Notes: generated by a model not told the origin, from the letters alone. A stretch of DNA of 64,000 bases from Hydrolagus affinis (GCA_012026655.1 JAAILG010001612.1:1-64000); one strand, 5' to 3'; counted from the first letter of the stretch, positions 10,561 through 22,885 are shown. A program made the numbers and translations.

Positions 10561-10940
10561 AACAACAACAACAGAATTACATTTGTATAGCGCCTTTCAC
10601 ATCGGGAGGATGTCCCATGGTGCTGGACAATGACGCCTGAACTAAGGGTCAGTATCGAGGAGGGTGGGAGGGCAGGGGAATGGAGAGTGACCAAAGGCAT
10701 GATCGAAGAGGAAGGTCCTCAGATGGATCTTGTAGGAGGGACTGTGGGATGCATTTCCAGAGGGTGGAATGAGTGGCTGAAGGCCCACCCGCCAATGGTG
10801 GGGCAGGCGAGGTGGGGGGTACGTGAAGCAGGCCAGAGCCCACTGAGTGGAGGGAGTGAGTGGGCAGGTTGGTAGTGAGTTAAGAGGTCACAGTGGTGAA
10901 GTGGATGAGCAAGTCCATGGAGAGCTTTGAGAGTGAGGAT
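10561..10940 (-). mobile_element. L2 3' end (subfamily B)
   Basis: (CAA)n, atagcgcctttcacatcgggagga tail, PTIGG region. Confidence 0.85.
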
Positions 10941-11263
10941 TGGCGGAATGTTTTTCCAGGGATAATAATTCCTTATTACATAAATTGGTCACTCAATCCA
11001 CAACAGTTTGTGGGACAATTCATTTTATAATAATAATAATCCTTGCATTTTTGATATAACACTTTTCACGTCTTCTAGACATCTCAAAGCGCTTCACAGA
11101 ATATACTATAAAGTGAATTGACTATATATTGACTGTAATTGCGCCACAGCAGTGTCCCACAAACAGTCGTGGATTGAAATGACCAATTTATCATAGGTAT
11201 ATACAGTATATTCTGCGTCTCATAGACATGATAAGGTGCGATATCAAATGCAAGAATTATTAT
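10941..11263. mobile_element. Interleaved SINE fragments (+, -, +)
   Basis: - copy 11030-11190 inside + pieces 10941-11018 and 11200-11263. Confidence 0.8.
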
Positions 11264-11264
11264 T

Positions 11265-11603
11265 AATCCTCGCTCCAGGCCAACCTCGCTCCACTGGCTC
11301 CGCTGGCTGCGAATCCCTCAGAGGATCCAGTTCAAAATTCATTTCCTCCATGGCCTTGCCAACGCCTACCTCTCTGACCTGCTAAACCCTTATCAACCTG
11401 TTCGTTCCCTCTGTCAGCAGGCTCTGGCTCGTACCATGTCACCCGCCCAGCCCGTCCCCCCATCAGCAAGTCAGGCCTTATGCCTCTCTTCCCTCCACCT
11501 TCCCTGATCACGACCCCACTCCCCTGCTTGAGTCCGAATCCTTGACTGTTCAGCACCTTGAGACGCCCACCTGGCATGAAAGGCGCTTTACAAATGTAAT
11601 TGT
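11265..11603 (+). mobile_element. L2 3' end, diverged
   Basis: ctccactggctc...ggatccagttcaaaattc...gttcagcaccttgagacg...ggcgctttacaaatgtaatt. Confidence 0.8.
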
Positions 11604-12254
11604 GCATTGTGTTATCGTGTGTTTTAAATGCAGCTGAACTCCCAGGATCTCCACACGTGAAACTAAACAGCTCAGATGGTACATGTTGCTTTCTGAGAGT
11701 CTGGCCCGCTGCAAGTGTTATTAACAAGATTGGTCGTTTTGGAAATGTCTAAGTGACTACTTTGGTTCTCCTTAGCGGGTTTTATTCCAGATATAGTGGC
11801 AATTTTACCAAGGGTGGGGGAGCTCTGCAAAAAATTGCGAGTGATTTGCAGCCTTAAAGTTCAAGACTAATTTCATTTTGAAAAGGGTACCCGGTTTCAA
11901 ACATTACTTCTTTGTCATGGCTGTCATATGGGGCTGTAAATATCTATGGGTTTTTGGCTGAATGAATATGCATCAACGTCAGTGTGCTGTGCTAGCCAAA
12001 GCTCTGTGACAGCCATAAAACTTGGAGCAGAAGTCACAACGTCTCGTTGGCCCAGACGCGCATTTGTGATCCAGATGTTCCACTGCAACCTCCCCACACA
12101 TGTGGCGCAAACAAACAGCTGTGCCTCACCCATTGGGAGACGGGCGGTAGGCAAGGATTGTGCAGGTATTGAGGAGGTCACCGAACAGAAAGGCGAGCTG
12201 CGATTCCCACCAATCTTTCCGCTTCCTCTTTGGTTAAATAATAATAATAATATT

Positions 12255-12530
12255 AATCGTCGGTGGCTGGGCTTTCAGCCTCTCTGCCCCCACACTCTGG
12301 AACTCCATCCCACAGTCCCTTCACCTCGCTTCCTCCTTCGCTTCCTTCTAGGCCAGTCTCAAGACCCTCCTGTTTGATTGTGCCTTCAGTCGCCCTCCCA
12401 CCTCTCTCCCTCCCCTCCTCCCTACCCTGCTACTCCCCCATGCCCGGGTCCCGACTCCTGATTGGTCAGCGCCTTGGGACATACTCCTGACATGAAAGGC
12501 GCTCTATAAATATAATTTTGTTGTTGTTAT
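12255..12530 (+). mobile_element. L2 3' end (subfamily B)
   Basis: ctctggaactccatccc...cagcgccttgggac...gaaaggcgctctataaat...(gtt)n. Confidence 0.85.
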
Positions 12531-12549
12531 TGTAATCCTTAATATTAAT

Positions 12550-13055
12550 ACTGAGCATTTGATATAGCGCTTTTCACATCTTCTAGATGTCTCAAAGTGC
12601 TTCACAAAATATATTATAAAATGGAGTGACAGTATCTTTTGTCAGCGAAACTCAATATTTCCCAATAGGGAATTCCATTACAAATCCAGAAGACAGATTT
12701 GTATCTCATCCCACATTGGATCATCCTACAAATATTAACCATTGTGGGGTTTCTTCTAATAGGCAACTCAACCATACAAATAAGCCCTTGATAAGAATGG
12801 AGGACACATAGAGGAGACATTTGTAGGTTTTTTGCAGGGGTAATAATATCTTAAAAAAAGATAGAAAATAAATAAAGAAGCATTAATAATAATTTGGTCA
12901 CTCAACCTACGACTGTTTGTGGGACACTGCTATGCGCAATCGACTGCAGTGTTTCACCCCAAAAATATGAAATTACCTTTACAGTGTGTTCTGTGAAGTG
13001 CTTTGAGATGTCTAGAAGGTGTGATATGGCGCTGTATCAAATGCAAGGATTATTA
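12550..13055. mobile_element. SINE tail (- 12550-12615) and SINE 3' part (+ 12830-13055)
   Basis: Family core and tail motifs. Confidence 0.8.
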
Positions 13056-13639
13056 CATTTTATTATTATATCAAATGTGAGGATTAGTAGTTGTAATCGT
13101 AGGAACATTTCAGTAGAGTCACATAGAAATGAGATAGAGTTACCCTCCCCAGCTCTCCTATTCTCTGGTCATACACCACTCCATTCCCTTCTCCCTCCTG
13201 TATCCTTCAAGTTTTCTCTTAAATACATTACATGTTTACGCCTCCACTGACAGCCTACTCTGATTTCATGCTTTCTTATATTCTGGCAATTTTGGGAAAT
13301 TGATTGCCAAATGAAGCGCTTTTTCAAGACGTCTCAATGGCACAATAAGGTGTTATGTCAAAAGTAAGGATTATTATATTGTTCTGTATTATATGTATTA
13401 TACTATATTATATTATAAATGAGTAGTGCCATTGGGAGAGTCTTGGAAGTATGGATAAGATCTCCTATAATATATTTTCCAACCAGCCCCTTCCAACACA
13501 CAACCGTGTCGAGCCAGGTCAGTGTATGATACTGACGGGGGTTTAAGTGTTTGAGATGTGTACCTGAGAGTGCAGACTGACAGTTAAAAAAAAAGCCCTC
13601 AGAACATCCGACTGATGATGAAGCGATGATAAATGAATT

Positions 13640-14130
13640 TACTGAAGGCCTTTCTCGCGTGCTTGGTTTTTCACAGATCTCCAGTGTGTATTCTCCTCAC
13701 CACAATGCGCAAATTTTTAAGAAAAAAAAATAAGAGAACTAATTTAAATGTAAATTATTTTAGGCTTACCTATAATGAGGGCTCAGAGGGCGCTATAATG
13801 ATAGTACTTCTTTAGTAGGTCATTTGAGCTGCCTCTTCCCACAAGTGAGAGCCCATCATGAAATCCCTCAAAACAGGATAATGAAAGAAATTCACAGGTC
13901 TGGCTCAGCCAGGAATAGAATATCTTTCAGCTCGGAATCACAGCTGGGATGAGATTTTAGTTTCGTGACTCAATATACAGATATAAAAATGTATTTTTTG
14001 CGGGCGAGAGAGAGAAAGAGCAGAGGAAAAAAAACACAGCCTGTTCAGACTCTGCTCGAAACTAAAGTGTTAGTGGCGCATTTTAAATCCACACAGCAGC
14101 CAAGACTCGGATTTCAATAAAGAATTTACA
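13640..14130. promoter_or_regulatory. Putative conserved non-coding element
   Basis: Repeat-free and TAAT-rich; CTCF-like AGAGGGCGC between two TATAATGA; motif inspection only. Confidence 0.3.
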
Positions 14131-14260
14131 TTTACTTTCTTCCCCACATTGAGGCATCGACCTGAAGCCTCGTCTCGCCACCCCCACACCCCCTCTCGCC
14201 CCCACCAACCCCCACGTACACAGCTAGTTTTCGTGGCACAATACTACAATCAATTGTATT

Positions 14261-14642
14261 GTGAAGTCCTGTAACTCAGTGGTTAGAGCACTTGCCTCAC
14301 AAGCGAGATACCTGGGTTCGATTCCTCCTGGACGAAATGTTGGACAAGTTTCCTTACTCCGCATGCCTCTGTGTAGCTAGCAGTAAGAACAAATCCTATT
14401 GTTGATCAATTGGTGGAATGTTTTCCAGGAGTAATTATAATTCCTTCAACATAACTTTTAGAAATTATTTAGTCACACAATCCTTGACTGTTGGTGGGAT
14501 ACTGCTGTGCACAATTGGCTGCTGCCTTTCACCCACAAAATATACAGTCAATTCACTTTACAGTATATCATGTGAGGAGCTTTGAGACGTCTCAAAGACG
14601 TGTTAAGACACTCCATCAAGTTCAAGGCTCATTATTATTATT
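14261..14642 (+). mobile_element. Full-length SINE (long variant)
   Basis: TAACTCAGTGG A box, GGTTCGATTCC B box, Deu core, tail. Confidence 0.92.
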
Positions 14643-14659
14643 TTTTGGGGACGACAAAG

Positions 14660-14875
14660 AATCTTAGAATCTTACGGCACAAAAGGAGGCCATTCGGCCC
14701 ATCGAGTTTATGCCGGCTCTTCGGAAGCAGCAATTCAATCCCTCTCCCCAGCTCTCTCCCCAAACCTGTCCTCCCAAATAAACGTCTACCTCTCTTTTAA
14801 AAGTTGGTATCGAATCAGCCTCCACCACCTTTTCAGGCAAAGCTTTCCAGATTCGAACAACTCGCTGAGGTGAAA
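14660..14875 (-). mobile_element. CR1 3' end
   Basis: FSPQRVVRIWKALPEKVVEADSIPTFKREVDVYL plus gggccgaatggcctcc tail. Confidence 0.9.
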
Positions 14876-15291
14876 ACAATTTGACATGGACTCGTGAATT
14901 AAATTTCTTATCTCAGAAAAGGGCATTTGGAAAATGTCTATGAAAGAGCTGCTATGATGGGAGGATGGGGAGGAGAGAGGGAGAGAGAGGGAGAGGGATC
15001 GGAGTTTGATGTTGTTCAGAGAGTTGCTCAAACAGTAATTTTTTAAAACTTGGCGGAATTAAAATCCACATGCGATACAATTTGTATTCTGGGCTAATCT
15101 CAGTGTTTACAATTTGTTGTTTTTTATTTGATATGATTCATCCTAGTTAATGACAAAGCATATTACAGTATGAACAAAACCATATAAGCAATACATTTGA
15201 GGTTAGGAAGGTAGATGGAGGGGGATAATTTCAATCAGTATTATAACAGGGTGCAATCATCCGCCAGATCTCCTGCATTCACTCTGCCTCA

Positions 15292-15638
15292 GGAGTATAG
15301 GTGCAGGAGTAGGTCGTTCAGCCCCTCGAGCCTGTTCCACCATCCAGGCAGCCCAGGGTGAAACCTTGGGCAAGTTTCCTTTCTCCACTCCTAATAATAA
15401 TCCCTCCAAAAGAAAACTCAATAATAATATTGGTCATTTCAATCCATGACTGTTTGTGGGGACGCTGCTGTGCGCAATTGGCTGCCGCGTTTCGCCCACA
15501 AAAATACAGCCAATTAATTTTACAGTATATTCTGCGAAGCGCTTTGAGACGTCTAGAAGACGTGAAAAGCGCTATATCAAATGCAGGTATTATTATTATG
15601 ATTATTCTATTAGATCATGGCTGATCTGTACCTCAACT
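15292..15638. mobile_element. CR1 tail (-) interrupted by a 5'-truncated SINE (+, 15342-15605)
   Basis: gcaggagtagg...cagcccctcgagcctgttccacc [SINE] ttagatcatggctgatctgtacctcaact rejoin as one CR1 tail. Confidence 0.85.
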
Positions 15639-16920
15639 TGAATTGGGGGTAGATTGATAGCAGGTCCCCATTCGTGCAGCAAATCACCATCTGGCGCTTG
15701 TCAAACCATAACGGCTCACACGGGGGTGGTCAGGGCACTGTACGTGACAGACCCGATGACTCATTTTGGCTTCCCGCGCGGTTTAGATTTCCGCGAAGGG
15801 CCCACCCCACAAATTTATTATACGTGAGGGCAAGTAATAACACAGCGCGTTATAATAGGCTTCCACACAATAGAGTTTCCACTTCCCGTCTCCTACTGCT
15901 TCAAATAAGCTTTTAAATGAAGTTATAATTTTTAATACGCAACAGTTTCATACTGTAGTCTTAGCACACAGTAATTGATTTGACCTTTTGCAGTGTTCTT
16001 AATTTTCAATCTCAGTTTCATTATTCCATCTGGCACTCTAAAAAAAATACGACATCTGGTTCATCATACACAACCAACTGATTGCCGCACAGTTATTTTT
16101 AAAATTAATGTATGCTTAACCAGATGTTGTTTTTAATAGATGTATAAGCGAACTTCTGTCTGCAATCGAAATGTCCTAGACAGAAATTACAAACCACGAT
16201 GGTTGTGATCCGTGCAACCTTAGTAACAGTTGTGTGTTTGTTTCAGGTGAACATCAATTCAGTTCTCTTTGCATACATACAATATTAACCTTTAGGTTAT
16301 AAAATGATAAACAGCTTGAAGCTGGGAGGCCTTTGTCCGAACGCACAGCTCTCATCTCATCTCAAGACTAAGGAAATTTGGGTTGAGTGAGTGAAAGAAA
16401 ATGCGAGTTAAAAAGAAAATGCGTAGAGTGTGATGTCAACTGAATGGTCAACGGCAAACTAAACCTTAGCCTCCACTACATTTATAGGAAGACACATTTG
16501 TACACACGTGTCTCTTTTCATGGTGTTTTGGGCACAGCGCAAGGAAAGGGCATTTACATACAGCAACTTGCCCTTTATAAGTTATAAGATGCCCTTCCCA
16601 TAGGAGGCCATCTCCTAGAGCTTTGTGGAGATGATGGGTGGGCATTTAATAAGTTAGAAATCACAAACCGCAGGGAAACGGTGTCAGCAATCAGTGACAC
16701 TGGATTGTCACAGAATAAAGACTTACACAGAGACAATGGCTGGTAGCTCAATCAGTAGAGTGCTTGAATTACCATCAACAAGCTCAGAAGGTTACATTTC
16801 AGTGCTATACACTGAAGCATCAGTTGGATAAGTTTCATCAGTGCTTGGCTGGGCTACAAGATGAAGCATGATTTATAAGGAGAGGAGAGTTGGAGGCAGT
16901 CAGATTTACTGTCTATCTTC

Positions 16921-17242
16921 ATAATAACAATAATAAATAATCCTTGCGTTCGATATAGCGCTTTTCACATCTTATTGACGTCTGAAAACACTTCACAGAA
17001 TAAAGTGAATTGACTGTATATTTGTCGGCAAAATGCAGCAGCCAATTGCGCACAGCAGTGTCCCACAAACATTCGTGGGTTGAAATGACCAATTTTATTA
17101 CTGTGGTTTTTTGGGGGGACGGATTATTATTAGGTGTGTGGTGGAAGGAAACTTGTCCAAGGTTTCGCCCTGATCTGTCTGGATTTGAACACAGTTTCTC
17201 ACACTTGTAAGGCGAGTGCTCTAACCACTGAGACACAGGAGC
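16921..17242 (-). mobile_element. Full-length SINE (short variant)
   Basis: Head, core and (ATT)n tail all present. Confidence 0.93.
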
Positions 17243-17289
17243 TTAACCTGCTTGGAGAGCATTTTGTGTTGTATGACCTTATAACACAA

Positions 17290-18022
17290 TACAAATTTAC
17301 ATTTATATAGTGCTTTTCATGGCAGAACCTCTCAAAGCAGTTCACAGGATTTACTGTGAGTAGAAAACACAGCAGTTAATTCACCCACAGCCAATGTCCC
17401 ACAAACAGTCATGAAGTCAATGACCAGCTTTATATTGGAAATTGTTGGTCAGGATACCAGGAGCAACTCCCTCACCTTTTCTGTAGCTCAGTGATTAGAG
17501 CACTCGCCATACAAGCGTGAGACCTGTGTTCGAATCCAGGCAAATTAGGGGGAAACCTTGGGCAAGTTTCCTTACTCCACAAGCCTTATAATAATAATCC
17601 CTCCAAAAAAAACCACAATAATAAAATTGGTCATTTCAATCCACGACTGTTTGTGGGACACTGCTGTGCGCAATTGGCTGTTGTGTTTCACCTACAAATA
17701 TACAGTCAATTCTCTTTACAGTATATTCTGTGAAGCGCTTTGAGATGTCAATAAGATATGAAAAGCACTATATCAAATGCAAGGATTATTATTATTATTA
17801 TTACAAATAGTGGCAAGGAATGTTTAACGTCCACGTTTCTGAATTGGCAGACAGGAGGAGCTAGGTTTAACGTCTTACGCAAGGGACGGCACCTCCGACG
17901 ATGGAGCTCTCCCTCAACCCTGCAATAAAGTCTCAGCAGAGACAACGAGTTCAAAGTCAAAGCAGGTTGTGAACCCACAACCTTCTGACTCAGAGGTGAG
18001 AGTGTCGCCGACCGAGCCAAGT
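17290..18022 (-). mobile_element. SacSINE1-like DeuSINE split by a younger SINE
   Basis: 3' part 17290-17480 and 5' part 17804-18022 are collinear with the 30014 copy. Confidence 0.85.
17481..17802 (+). mobile_element. Full-length SINE (short variant)
   Basis: TAGCTCAGTGA...GTTCGAATCC, core, (ATT)n. Confidence 0.93.
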
Positions 18023-18356
18023 CTTCTCAGGGAACAAATATATAAATGGTGGGCAGAGGGAAAGCAGAAAGAATGCATAGCGGTATTGAAACTGGATTTG
18101 TATGTTAACTGCATTGAGTTTTCAATGCGCGGCAGCATTTAAATAAGGTAGAGCCAGAAAATTTGATTCCTGACAGTTCAGAGTCTCAGCCCAAGTAGCA
18201 AACCGTATAATAGGTTTTTTTTATATTACCATCCCTTTTGCAGTTAAAATTGGAAAGCATGCTGCATTAAGATGCTCACTTTCCACTTTATATCTTTCTG
18301 AGATTTGAAGGGACGGGAGTCAGGTGTTTTTAGGTCAGTGTCAGCTGAAAAGAAAA

Positions 18357-18694
18357 AAATCCTTGCGTTTGATATTGTGTCGTATATTCGCTTCACGGGA
18401 TATACTGTAAGGTGAATTGACTGTATATTTTGTGAGTGAAATACGGCAGCCACCTACACATGGCAGTGTCTCACAAACTGTCATGGATTGAAGTGACCGA
18501 TTTTTCTTAGAAGGAATTATTATCCCTGGAGAAGCAATCTGCAAATTCACTAACAACCGATTCCTATTGACTGCGAGGTAAACAGAGGCGTGTAGAGTAA
18601 GGCAACTTGCCCAACATTTTGCCCTGCCGGGAATTGAATCTAGGTCTCTCGCTTGTGAGGCAAGTGCTCTAACCACTGGGATACAGGACTCCAC
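18357..18694 (-). mobile_element. Near full-length SINE (long variant)
   Basis: Head GTGGAGTCCTGTATCCCAGTGG, core, tail. Confidence 0.9.
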
Positions 18695-18699
18695 AAGAA

Positions 18700-18850
18700 A
18701 GGTTTTAAAGTGGGATACAATGGTTAGGATGAGGAAGAGGGGAGAGGTGGAGGGACTTGGGGATGGAGTCCCAAAAGAGCAGGCCAGAATGGCTGAAAGC
18801 TTATCCACCATTAGCGGGGCGGACCCGAGCAAATGAAGCAGTGATGGCTG
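18700..18850 (-). mobile_element. Degenerate L2 fragment
   Basis: ggagtcccaaa...ggctgaaagcttatccacca resembles the reverse complement of the L2 3' region. Confidence 0.55.
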
Positions 18851-19559
18851 TTTGATGAGTGACTCACAAAGCCGGGACTCTCCCTCAATAGTTAATAAAA
18901 TGAGACAAAAGAAAACCCTTAGTGAATGTGAAACACAAGACGACAGTGCTGAAGAGAAAATTGGCACTTCCTTCCTGGAATGTCATTTCGAAATGCCGGA
19001 AAGTTTTTGAAGGAATTTTTTTGAAGCTGTTTGAACTTTAGCATCTCTATTAGATCTGTCAAACGTGCACTTAGATTTCACAAGGACGTACCTCCTACCC
19101 TCCTCCTACGCACACACAGTTCCATCAACTCCATTTGTTTAAACCTCAAATAGATTTTTTTAAATATATATAAAGATATGTACTGTGTATATATATATAA
19201 CATACGGCTGGCTTCTAATCAAATCGTGAACATTTAAATACAAGTTTCTTATCAGCAAGAAATATACAGCGAAAAACATGACCTGCAGCATAATGGAAAA
19301 TCTAGTCTAATAAAAATTAAAGCCACTGAAGTGATAACGCACACGAAAGAAGGTACTTTGGAGTGCTCTGTTGGATTTATGAAACCACGCATCCTTACCA
19401 TTGTTTGTTGTTGCAGATTTGGAGCAGTGTTTGACCAACAATTTAATCAATTATAATAATAGCAATAATAATCATTACCTTTGGTACTGCGCCTTTCAGG
19501 TTGTGAGGGCGTCTCAAAGCACTTCACAGGATGTACTGTAAAGTGTAATGTAGCCACCA

Positions 19560-19850
19560 CGACAATTAACCCCCTGTTTCTATACCCAGTTATTCCCTTC
19601 TCCAGCTACTTTCGGTTTCACCCACACTTTCTAGCAATTAGTTGCACATTCTCACCACCCTCCATGTACAGAAGTTCCTCCTAAACTCTCCTTTAGATTT
19701 GTTGGTTATCTTATATTTATGTCCCCTTGTTACGGTCTCGCCAACAGGTGTAATCAGCATATTTAAGTTCACCTTAGCAAACCCATAGCAAGAATTTTAA
19801 ACATGTCTATTAGGTCCCCTCTCAATTGTCTCACCTCTAGTATAAAAAAA
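19560..19850 (-). mobile_element. Degenerate CR1 fragment
   Basis: cattctcaccaccctccatgtacagaagttcctcctaaactctc...ttatatttatgtccccttgt. Confidence 0.7.
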
Positions 19851-19869
19851 ACCCTAAGATGTCCTCAGG

Positions 19870-20318
19870 GGAGATCTAGCTTAGTAGCTAGAACCCGCGC
19901 CTCACAAACGAGAGACCTGGGTTCCATTCCCGGCAGGGCAAAATGTTGGGCAGGTTTTCTTACTCTACACGCCTCTGGGACGTCCTACCGATGGGAAATA
20001 CGCTCTATGAATGTAATTTTGTTGTTGTTGTTGTTGTTTAACTAACAATAAGTAGGAGCCAGGCTGTTAGCTGATTGGTGGATCTTTTTCCACAGGGGTA
20101 ATAATTCCTTCAAGGAGAAAACATCGGTCACTTAACCATGACTGTTTGTGGGACACTGATGTGCGCAATAGGCTGCTGCCTTTTCCACACAATATAGTGG
20201 TTTCAGCCACAACATATAAAGTCAACTCACTTTGCAGTATATTCTGTGAAGCGCTTTGAGACATCTCAAAGATGTGGCAAGGCGCTATATCTAATGCAAG
20301 CGTTATTATTCTTATTAC
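19870..20318 (+). mobile_element. SINE (long variant) carrying a ~60-bp L2 tail insertion at 19977-20037
   Basis: cacgcctctg [ggacgtcctaccgatg...(gtt)n] ttaactaacaataagtagg. Confidence 0.85.
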
Positions 20319-20504
20319 TATGTCTAATGATTCCCGGCAGCTGTATCCTCTCATCCCTAGTAACATCGGGGTAAATCTTAAACTGCACTCTCTCCGTTGC
20401 CGACAATATCTTTCAAGATTAAGTTGGAATGTCAAGACAAAAGTGAGATTGCAGCCTTGGGGTCACCATGAGGCAACGGTCATTTTTACTGAAGTGTTAT
20501 TTGA

Positions 20505-20910
20505 CTCCTTGCCAAACTTCACTGGCTCCCTGTCACTGAGCGGATCGACTTCTAGATCCTCACTCTTGTGTTTGAATCCCTCCACTCCTCGTCACCCTAC
20601 TACCTCTCTGACATCCTCTCTCCTCACAGCAGTAGCCGCTGCCTCCACTCTACTGGGTCCAGCCTCCTCCTTGTCCTCCAAATCCTCCGCTCCACCATCG
20701 GCGGCCGTGCTTTCAGTCACCGTGCCCCGAAACTTTGGACCTCCCTTCCTCAACCCCTTCCCCACATCCCCCACTTCCCTATCTTCAGGTCGCACTCGAA
20801 GACCTTTCTCTTCGACCGCGCTTAAGGTCAGCTGTCTCGGCCTCGGACTGAAGCGCTCTGAGACGCCGCCCGGCATGGAGGGCGCTATATCAATGCAAGT
20901 TATCATTGTT
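20505..20910 (+). mobile_element. L2 3' end (subfamily A)
   Basis: RSTIGGRAFSHRAPKLWTSLP...KTFLFDRA. Confidence 0.9.
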
Positions 20911-21490
20911 GGTATTATCGGATTCGAAATGGCAGAGAGTTTGGTCGAGGTCATGTCTGTTCTGGGGCAACAGATAACGCAAAGCATTTGTAACGGTGAT
21001 GGAACTCACTGCAGGGTGATTGAGTGGCAATTAAGAGTCGATTACTAGGAAATAACAAGACCGGGTGCGTACTACTAAAGGAAATCATGCTTAAAAGCCG
21101 AAAGTCCGCGGCAAATAAAAACAAGCGCCATTCAGAACCGCCAGCTTCCTCAAGGTCAGTCAGGTATTGCCTCCGCAAATACTGTCTCAGTCACTGATGA
21201 ATACAGTTAGCCTCTGGAGCATCTTCTCTTCGTACAAAGACAACGCAACATCTGTTCTTAAGTACAGCTTCCGTGGGAACACTGACATCGGCCTCAGGCT
21301 TTCACCTGTACACCTCCCTCTCGTCCCATGTCCAGATGGCGTATTTGTACCTCGTGTTTAGTTAGACGGGCCCAAATGGAGCCTGCTGGGTACCCTCAAG
21401 GCCAGTGTGTGCTGTTATTATGCTTCCGTATCCTAGTTGAATCTACAGCCTTTTTGTGAGTGTGTTTGTGTGTGTTTCTGTGCATATTAC

Positions 21491-21519
21491 GGGGGGGGGG
21501 GGGGAGGTGGGGGAGAGGG
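21491..21519 (+). repeat. G14 run in a G-rich tract (G-quadruplex potential)
   Basis: gggggggggggggg aggtgggggagaggg. Confidence 0.8.
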
Positions 21520-21977
21520 AACAGGGACTTATAGATTCTTGATGCAGGTGGCTGTTTGAAAGAAGACATTTAAAACTGAAGAACATAACTACCCACGTGT
21601 ATCCTCCCCTTCCAACTATCAGTCACAAATCCAACCCCCGACCCTCCCTCCTCCCCCCACCCAAGCTTCACCAGCAGAACAGTTCATGTGCCTGCTACCA
21701 GCAGTTTGTGGATTAATGAAGGTGACTTGCGTGGCTAGAAGACAACACTGGGTTAAATCCAATTGAAATGCACTTGAATGTCAGGCAGAGGCAGGATCTA
21801 AACAGAGTGGGTTTGATTAGCAGCGCTGAGTGAATGCTGCCCTCAGCACCTTGGCGTCTAACTGCCCCTGGAAGACTTGCTAACAAAGCCAAGTCAGGCT
21901 CCTTGTAAATCTCAGTCGGAGGATACGCTGAAACTCGTGTATGTTAAATGGAGTTTTACATATACATATATATATGA

Positions 21978-22422
21978 AATAATCCTTCCATTTGTTATAA
22001 CACTTTTCATGTCTTCTAGACACAAGAATAATAATTAAAAATAATCCTTCCATTTGATATAGCGCCTTATCAAGTCTTCGAGACGTCTCAAAGCACATCG
22101 CAGACTAATACCAATAATAATTCTTGCATTTGATATAGCTACTTCTCATGTCTTCTAGATGTCTCAAAGTATCTCACAGAATATACTGTAAAGTGAATTG
22201 ACTGTATATTTGTGGATGAATAGCAGCAGCCAATTGCACACAGCGGCGTCTCGCAAACAGGCGTGGAATTAAAGTGACCGATTTTTTTTTTTTTTTCTTG
22301 AGGAATGATTGTTAGGCGTGTGGAGTAAGGAAACTTTCCCAATGTTTTGCCTTGCCGGGAATCAAACCCAGGTCTCTTGCTTGCAAGGTGAATTCTCTAG
22401 CCACTGAGCTACAGGATTCCAC
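21978..22422 (-). mobile_element. Full SINE (22112-22422) plus two stacked extra tails
   Basis: Tail motif at 21978, 22040 and 22112 in the same orientation. Confidence 0.9.
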
Positions 22423-22719
22423 ATTTACTGTAAAGTGAATTGACTATATTTTGCTGATGAAAAATCGTCCATTTAGCGGGGCGCCAAGTGGAGCTCAGTC
22501 GAACGTGATCTAACCTGTACTATGCATCTGCTGGTTGTGTCTTTTGTATACGATGCAGTGAATAAATAAGTCAGTCTGTCTGTAACTGACATTAATATTC
22601 TCTGCTCTACAGAACTGGGCTGAAAATATTTTTTTTTCTGATATTTACAAGAGTTTTCTCTTCTCCTGAATGCAGGAATACTTTTCCAGCTCTGACTCTA
22701 CACATACTGAAAGCCCAAC

Positions 22720-22885
22720 TCACATTCCTTATTTATAGCCTGAAACACTGAGTGTTGACAGGCTGGTTACTGTTGTTAGCCGATGTCCACAAATACCCAT
22801 CTTCTGACAGGGTCACTAGACAACAATCAAAAGTAAGAACCCTGGGCTGATTTCTATACCTCTCTCAGGTAGCGGTTACTCAAGC
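22720..22885 (-). mobile_element. Ancient AmnSINE2-like relic
   Basis: gatgtccacaa...agggtcactagac...aagaaccctgggctgattt resembles the recalled core (reverse complement). Confidence 0.5.

Noticed and set aside
13766-13830. Minus-strand coding exon ending at TAG|GTAAGC
   Set aside because: Stops in all three frames within ~60 nt upstream and no clear acceptor
17481-17545. tRNA gene
   Set aside because: A and B boxes are present, but this is the SINE head, continuing into the SINE body without an acceptor stem or terminator
18341-18967. 208-aa minus-strand ORF
   Set aside because: Runs through L2 and SINE sequence; similar peptides recur at other SINE copies
20272-21048. Longest ORF (258 aa)
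   Set aside because: Chimeric read-through of a SINE tail, unique DNA and an off-frame L2 3' end; Ser/Pro-rich with no domain
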